The position numbers and the translations under genes are program-made. This document shows positions 59,040 through 64,000 of a DNA stretch of 64,000 nucleotides, piece by piece; position 1 is the first letter of the stretch; every line of letters starts with the position of its first letter. A model generated the notes under the pieces. It searched no databases. It saw nothing but the letters and a program-made list of their open reading frames with translations, and was not told where the DNA came from. Source of the stretch: Veillonella parvula (GTDB lineage Bacteria > Bacillota > Negativicutes > Veillonellales > Veillonellaceae); assembly GCA_018382475.1 (NCBI GenBank), contig JAGZPX010000002.1, forward strand, positions 251,525-315,524, read 5' to 3'.

Positions 59040-60323
59040 CTAGAGTAACAATAGCATGATGACTACTGTCGCAATAATACAAGGCACGGCATTGCGTTTT
59101 GCCATTTCCATAGGGTTGATACCTGCCAGTCCTGCGATGATGATACCTGCACCAGCTACTGGACTCATACTACGACCGATACCAGCACCCAATTGAGCCA
59201 TGGAACCGAGTTGCATAATGCCATAACCAAAGTCTGCTGCATGAGGTGTGACAGCACCATTAAACGCAAGAGCTGCCGCATTGCCAGAACCAGAGATAAC
59301 CGCCAATAAGAACGGACCAAAGGCTGCCCCGATTTGGGCGATTTGTTGAGAGTTCTTCATGCCATCAATAAGGGCACTTGTAAGCCCGATGAGTTGCATC
59401 CCTGCTGTGAAGCAAGCTGCTGCAGCCATAAGGCCAACGACATCACACATACCATCGCCAGTACCACGGAAGAACTTCTTAACAGCTTCTGTCACATTAG
59501 GACGCACGGCAATGATACCAATAGCAGTACCGATGAGCATAGATACAGGAACAGAGATTTCTGGGATAACCGCCACTTGTTTACTACCTAATACAAGTAA
59601 TACAAGAGGAATAATGGGAATGATTGCATAGAAATAATTTACTTTGAATTCTTTACCTTCCGCTGCAGTATCGTTTTTCATTACATACCCGGTATGCTCC
59701 TTCTTAACGATAGCTACGATGTTAAGCAAAATAGCGGCTACTACGATACCGATAATTGCTTGCATGGAGAAGCTGGCAATAACTGTCATTACGTCTACCC
59801 CCGCTAGTTGTGCCACTTGAGGGTTGAACATAAGGCCTGGACTCAAGGAACTACCCCATGTACCTAAGAAGATAGCAGAACCAGCCATCGCTGGATGTAC
59901 TCCAGAACGAATGAGGGCAGGAATCAATAATGCACCTACGGCCGCAGCACAACCTGCCGCTGTAGGCAATGCAATATTAATTAAAAATGTAATAATAACA
60001 GCGCCAGGAATGATGATTTTCGTCATCTTTTTGAGGCCTGCAGAAATGAAATACACCATGTGCTCTGTACATTTTGTATATTCCATAACATAGCTAAAAC
60101 CTAACACCGTACAGATTGTTGGTACAAGACCTGGATTCGTAAGTTCTTTCACAAAGGCCGTCGTACCAGCACCAAGCTGCCCACCAATAAAGCACATCAG
60201 TAAGCCCGATAATAGTAAAACGAGCCGCGTTTCAAACTGTTTAATAATAGCGATAAACGTCGCTACTACGATAACAATACCTGTAATAACCATAACCCTC
60301 CTATCCGTGTACATAGGATGCAA
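59040..60323 (-). CDS. DcuC-family anaerobic C4-dicarboxylate-type transporter
   Basis: C-terminal blocks ISGSGNAAALAF and IGRSMSPVAGAGIIIAGLAGINPMEMAKRNAVP parallel E. coli DcuC (TTGSGNAPFYAF; LGRTLSPVSGVVVAVAGMAKISPFEVVKRTSVP). Confidence 0.65.
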   Translation of the reverse strand: MHPMYTDRRVMVITGIVIVVATFIAIIKQFETRLVLLLSGLLMCFIGGQLGAGTTAFVKELTNPGLVPTICTVLGFSYVMEYTKCTEHMVYFISAGLKKMTKIIIPGAVIITFLINIALPTAAGCAAAVGALLIPALIRSGVHPAMAGSAIFLGTWGSSLSPGLMFNPQVAQLAGVDVMTVIASFSMQAIIGIVVAAILLNIVAIVKKEHTGYVMKNDTAAEGKEFKVNYFYAIIPIIPLVLLVLGSKQVAVIPEISVPVSMLIGTAIGIIAVRPNVTEAVKKFFRGTGDGMCDVVGLMAAAACFTAGMQLIGLTSALIDGMKNSQQIAQIGAAFGPFLLAVISGSGNAAALAFNGAVTPHAADFGYGIMQLGSMAQLGAGIGRSMSPVAGAGIIIAGLAGINPMEMAKRNAVPCIIATVVIMLLLL

Positions 60324-60525
60324 GATAGCTATATCCCCTCTATAAACGCTTTACACCCAATACACAAACTAACAACACTAAATACAATAGTCCTATCTAT
60401 GTCTTACACCTAATAGGCCTAACTATAGTAAAAGTAATCACTTAATTATATACAGTATAACTATATAACTATATAACTATATAACTACTTATCTATATAA
60501 CTACATAAATACATAAAGAAGTATA

Positions 60526-61782
60526 TTAAACAAGCTTTGTTTCTTCCAAGCTAAGTTTTCTAAGTACCTTGTCAAGCACCGCTGCACCCGTTACAATATC
60601 ATCCATTTCAGCAAATTCTGCAGGATTATGACTGATGCCATCACGGCATGGAATAAAGATCATTCCCGTCGGAACTACCTCCGCCCAATGCATCGCATCA
60701 TGACCGGCACCACTCGGTATTGTCATGTACTCCACACCGACAGACTTAACAGCTTCTTCGATTTCTCGAATCATCGCCGGGTGCATCTCTACTGGATGGT
60801 CCTGTGCAATTGTTTCAATTGTATACGATAATCCACGTTTCTCGGCAGTAATGTCAATAAATTCTTTAACAAGAGTAACTACAGAATTACGAGCTACCTT
60901 AGAAATACTGCGAATATCTACCCCTAGCTTCACAGCACCAGGAATGACATTCATCGCCCCTGGTGTAACCTCCACAACGCCAACAGTTCCCACCACGGGT
61001 GGTTCCTCTTGCATAGATGCAATCTCCTCGATGCCGAGGATGATTTTTGAGGCTCCACATAGAGCATCATGACGCAAGTTCATCGGCGTAGCTCCACTAT
61101 GATCGGCATTGCCTTGAATGGTCACATAGAATCGCTCTGGCGCGGCAATACCAGTCACAATACCAATCGTTTTCTGCTCGTGCTCCAGTACCTTGCCTTG
61201 TTCTATATGGATTTCTGTGAAAGACTTTACAGGTCGTTTATATTCCATTTCTTCAATCCCATCGGGATTTAAGTTGCGACCTTTCAATGCTTCGTACAAG
61301 GAATTTCCTTGTTTATCTACCAATCGGTGTAAGTCTTGTAATGTCAATTCGCCGCGCATGGCCTTACTACCTAATGTTGCATCCCCAAAGCGACCGGACT
61401 CTTCGCACATGAAGTCCACCACAGCGATGGTATGATCATGTTCATAACCATCATCGGTCATGCTACGAATTACTTCAATGGCAGACAATACGCCAACCAC
61501 ACCATCGTAATTGCCTCCATTAGGCACGCTATCCGTATGAGACCCCACCATAACAACGGGCAAATCTAGTTTCTTACCAATCTTATAGCCAATGACATTA
61601 CCAAAATCGTCTATTTCAACGGATAAACCCGCATCAGTCATGCGGTCTATAATGTATTGACGCCCCTCCCAGTCTGCATCTGTGAAAGCAAGGCGATCAA
61701 TGCCTTCACCAGGTGCCGTCAATTGGGCCATAGCCTCAAAATCTTTAACCAATCGCTCTCGTTGAATCATGTAACACCTCAC
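60526..61782 (-). CDS. M20 AllC-type amidase (allantoate amidohydrolase / N-carbamoyl-L-amino-acid hydrolase family)
   Basis: N-terminal VMVGSHTDSVPNGGNYDGVVG block typical of the family. The likely ATG is at ~61770 (MIQRERL, RBS GAGGTG). Confidence 0.7.
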   Translation of the reverse strand: MRCYMIQRERLVKDFEAMAQLTAPGEGIDRLAFTDADWEGRQYIIDRMTDAGLSVEIDDFGNVIGYKIGKKLDLPVVMVGSHTDSVPNGGNYDGVVGVLSAIEVIRSMTDDGYEHDHTIAVVDFMCEESGRFGDATLGSKAMRGELTLQDLHRLVDKQGNSLYEALKGRNLNPDGIEEMEYKRPVKSFTEIHIEQGKVLEHEQKTIGIVTGIAAPERFYVTIQGNADHSGATPMNLRHDALCGASKIILGIEEIASMQEEPPVVGTVGVVEVTPGAMNVIPGAVKLGVDIRSISKVARNSVVTLVKEFIDITAEKRGLSYTIETIAQDHPVEMHPAMIREIEEAVKSVGVEYMTIPSGAGHDAMHWAEVVPTGMIFIPCRDGISHNPAEFAEMDDIVTGAAVLDKVLRKLSLEETKLV

Positions 61783-61832
61783 AATCTATTACATCAATTA
61801 CAGATAAACCATATGGTGCTAGTCCATAAAGC

Positions 61833-63128
61833 TTATTTTAAATAGTGAGCTGCAATGGTACCTAACGCTACAATACCGTTTAACATATCTTCTTCATCGA
61901 TATCAAAGAGCGGATTGTGATGTGGCGCTTTAATAGCAGACCCCACAACCATATAGGTCGCTCTACCACCGCGATCGATGACACGATTCAAGAAGTACGC
62001 ACAGTCTTCACTACCGCCACCGCTGTAATCGAAGGGAACCTCTTTAAAGATCCCAAGTGGTTCCACGATAGCTTGTACTTCACGAGCTAAATCATCACTG
62101 ATGCGACCTGCCGGAGTTTCTCCTTGTTTTGTGATTTCAAAGGTACAATCATGCATTTCTGCAGCACCTTTAATAATAGTCTTCGACCGTTCAATCATGT
62201 AATCATTGATTTCTGTCGTAGCACCACGAGTTTCTAGTTTAAGAACCGCCACATCAGGCGTCACATTGCGGCCTGTACCGCTTTCAAAAACACCTACATT
62301 CATGCGAGAAGCCCCTTGACTATGGCGAGCGATGGCTTGTAAGTTAAGAACCGCTGTACAACCGGCGAGCATTGCATTTTGTGCCTTTTCAGGGGAGCCC
62401 CCAGCATGAGCAGAATAACCGTGGAACACCGCATCAAGTTTTGTTGTCGCTAAGAAGCCATGATCGCTACAAGCAAAGCAATTGGATAGATTTTCGTTAA
62501 ACCCAATATGCATGCCGAACATCAAATCTACATCATCCACAACACCCGCTTCCGCCATCGCTTTAGCACCGCGCACGCCTTCCTCTGCTGGTTGGAAGAT
62601 GAGTTTGATAGTGCCTTTGAATTCATCCTTGTGCGCAGACAAATATTCAGCTAGGCCTAGCCCCATCGTCATATGTGCATCATGACCACAGGCGTGCATC
62701 GCCTTATCATGACAAGAACGGAACCCGCCCTTTGCGGGTACATGGTTATCATCTTTAGCTTCGATGACATCATTGGAATCCATATCTACACGAAACGCTA
62801 CTACGGGACCTTCGCCACCGAACTTCATAGTTGCGACGATGGCCGTTTTACCATAGCCCATCTTTTCTACAAGTTCAGGATTGGCACCTTCTTCGATGGC
62901 GCGATCCATAGCAACTTTCATAACCTCATCACTAGGCAATCCCATACGAGAATCTAAATCGAGTACATCTGCGCCTAACGCCACATCATAGCCCAAAGAA
63001 ATAAGCGTATCCGCCACCTTCGCAGCAGAGCGATACTCAAGCCAAGCAGGCTCAGGGTACATATGAAAGTCGCGACGCATAGCGATTAACGCATCGCGCC
63101 GTTGTTGCACGAAATCTTTTACAGACAT
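61833..63128 (-). CDS. M20D family amidohydrolase
   Basis: HACGHDAHM motif. 431 aa. Confidence 0.75.
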   Translation of the reverse strand: MSVKDFVQQRRDALIAMRRDFHMYPEPAWLEYRSAAKVADTLISLGYDVALGADVLDLDSRMGLPSDEVMKVAMDRAIEEGANPELVEKMGYGKTAIVATMKFGGEGPVVAFRVDMDSNDVIEAKDDNHVPAKGGFRSCHDKAMHACGHDAHMTMGLGLAEYLSAHKDEFKGTIKLIFQPAEEGVRGAKAMAEAGVVDDVDLMFGMHIGFNENLSNCFACSDHGFLATTKLDAVFHGYSAHAGGSPEKAQNAMLAGCTAVLNLQAIARHSQGASRMNVGVFESGTGRNVTPDVAVLKLETRGATTEINDYMIERSKTIIKGAAEMHDCTFEITKQGETPAGRISDDLAREVQAIVEPLGIFKEVPFDYSGGGSEDCAYFLNRVIDRGGRATYMVVGSAIKAPHHNPLFDIDEEDMLNGIVALGTIAAHYLK

Positions 63129-63351
63129 AAATACCTCCGTAACAAACTAATAATCACGTATACATTTACTATATGAATAGATAGATAAATAGTCAACTAA
63201 ATGGCGCATGTATACAGTATCTAAAATATACTTTATGATATAACAAAAACACATATACCACGAAACGACTTCTGTGATATATGTGTTCTTCTTGATGTTT
63301 TCCTGTCGACATATTTTATTGATATATTTATATTGATGTGCTCTTATCGAT

Positions 63352-64000
63352 TCATTCTAATATTGTTTTATTCAGTTTTGCCAGTACTTCTCGCTTAATA
63401 GTTCGTTGTCTATCCCAAGCAATGATAACAACGGTGGCAATAATCATAGCCATACCAATTAGCCCTAGTAGACTAAATTCATTTCCTAAAAAAGCCCACC
63501 CAAAGAAAGCCGCCGAAATAGGCTCAATAGATGACAAAATAGATCCCGGTACGGCCCCAATTCGTTTAACCCCTTCTAAATAGGCATTGAAAGATACTAT
63601 CGTCCCGAGAAATATGACATTAAAACAACCAATAACAGTCCATGCGTCCCACACTGCATATGAGTTCGGTTGATGAAATAATATAGCGGCTACAATACCG
63701 CTAATAAGCATCCCGAAGCCTACAATAGGTAATGTACCATATTTATAGAGTAAATCAACAGGAGAAATACTATATACAGCTACACCAATAGCAGATAAAA
63801 GGCCCCATACGAGAACCATTAGAGGGAAGCTTTCAATAGAAAGGCCATCATCATTGCCCATCAAACAAATGGTCCCCACTAAAGCAAGTATAACAGAAAC
63901 CGTCTCCCCCTTGGATGGTCGTTTACCATAGCGAACCAGCAGGTAAATAATAATCATAGACGGCGCCAGATATTGTAAAACCGTTGCAATGCCAGCTCCC
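63352..64000 (-). CDS. EamA/DMT-family transporter (partial, with the 5' end beyond the window)
   Basis: A run of TM helices typical of EamA, in an open frame to the window edge. Confidence 0.55.
   Translation of the reverse strand, partial: GAGIATVLQYLAPSMIIIYLLVRYGKRPSKGETVSVILALVGTICLMGNDDGLSIESFPLMVLVWGLLSAIGVAVYSISPVDLLYKYGTLPIVGFGMLISGIVAAILFHQPNSYAVWDAWTVIGCFNVIFLGTIVSFNAYLEGVKRIGAVPGSILSSIEPISAAFFGWAFLGNEFSLLGLIGMAMIIATVVIIAWDRQRTIKREVLAKLNKTILE

Noticed and set aside
1-64000. tRNA, rRNA, integrase and transposase genes
   Set aside because: None recognised on either strand by eye. No cloverleaf-like GC-rich ~75-nt islands in intergenic regions, and no DDE or tyrosine-recombinase motifs among the ORFs.

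Overview
This is a low-GC Negativicutes-type chromosomal segment, Veillonella-like by gene content. Most of it is housekeeping: bioB, an anaerobic CO dehydrogenase (cooS) with a His-rich N-terminal tail, ATP-dependent pckA, a troABCD-like Zn/Mn ABC importer, guaA, ileS, and a trpEG-D-CF-B-A operon. It also holds a BtuFCD-like ABC importer behind a cobalamin riboswitch, with two tandem substrate-binding paralogs and an ATPase gene carrying an in-frame TAA. T-box leaders precede trpE and ileS. The accessory content is concentrated in two AT-rich blocks. The first is a roughly 10 kb island (about 21.6-31.9 kb) between the guaA terminator and the B12 riboswitch. It carries a complete Gabija-like pair (GajA OLD-family ATPase/TOPRIM plus GajB UvrD-like helicase), an adjacent Abi/UG-class reverse transcriptase, and a run of small uncharacterised genes with one partial internal duplication. 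A methyltransferase, a GNAT and a SUFU-type immunity-like protein complete the island. The second is a small AT-rich islet (about 54.9-57.4 kb) of polytopic membrane proteins with DUF805-like C-termini. Four more DUF805 genes sit in tandem at 43.6-46.6 kb, giving six DUF805-family genes in this window. Further observations: a roughly 420 bp inverted-repeat-bounded element inside the trp operon between trpD and trpG, a 9-bp x4 tandem repeat carrying in-frame UAGs and SD-like motifs between two genes, a 31-codon ORF with a strong RBS beside the Zn/Mn transporter, and a recurring palindromic terminator element. No rRNA, tRNA, CRISPR array, integrase or transposase was recognised by eye.
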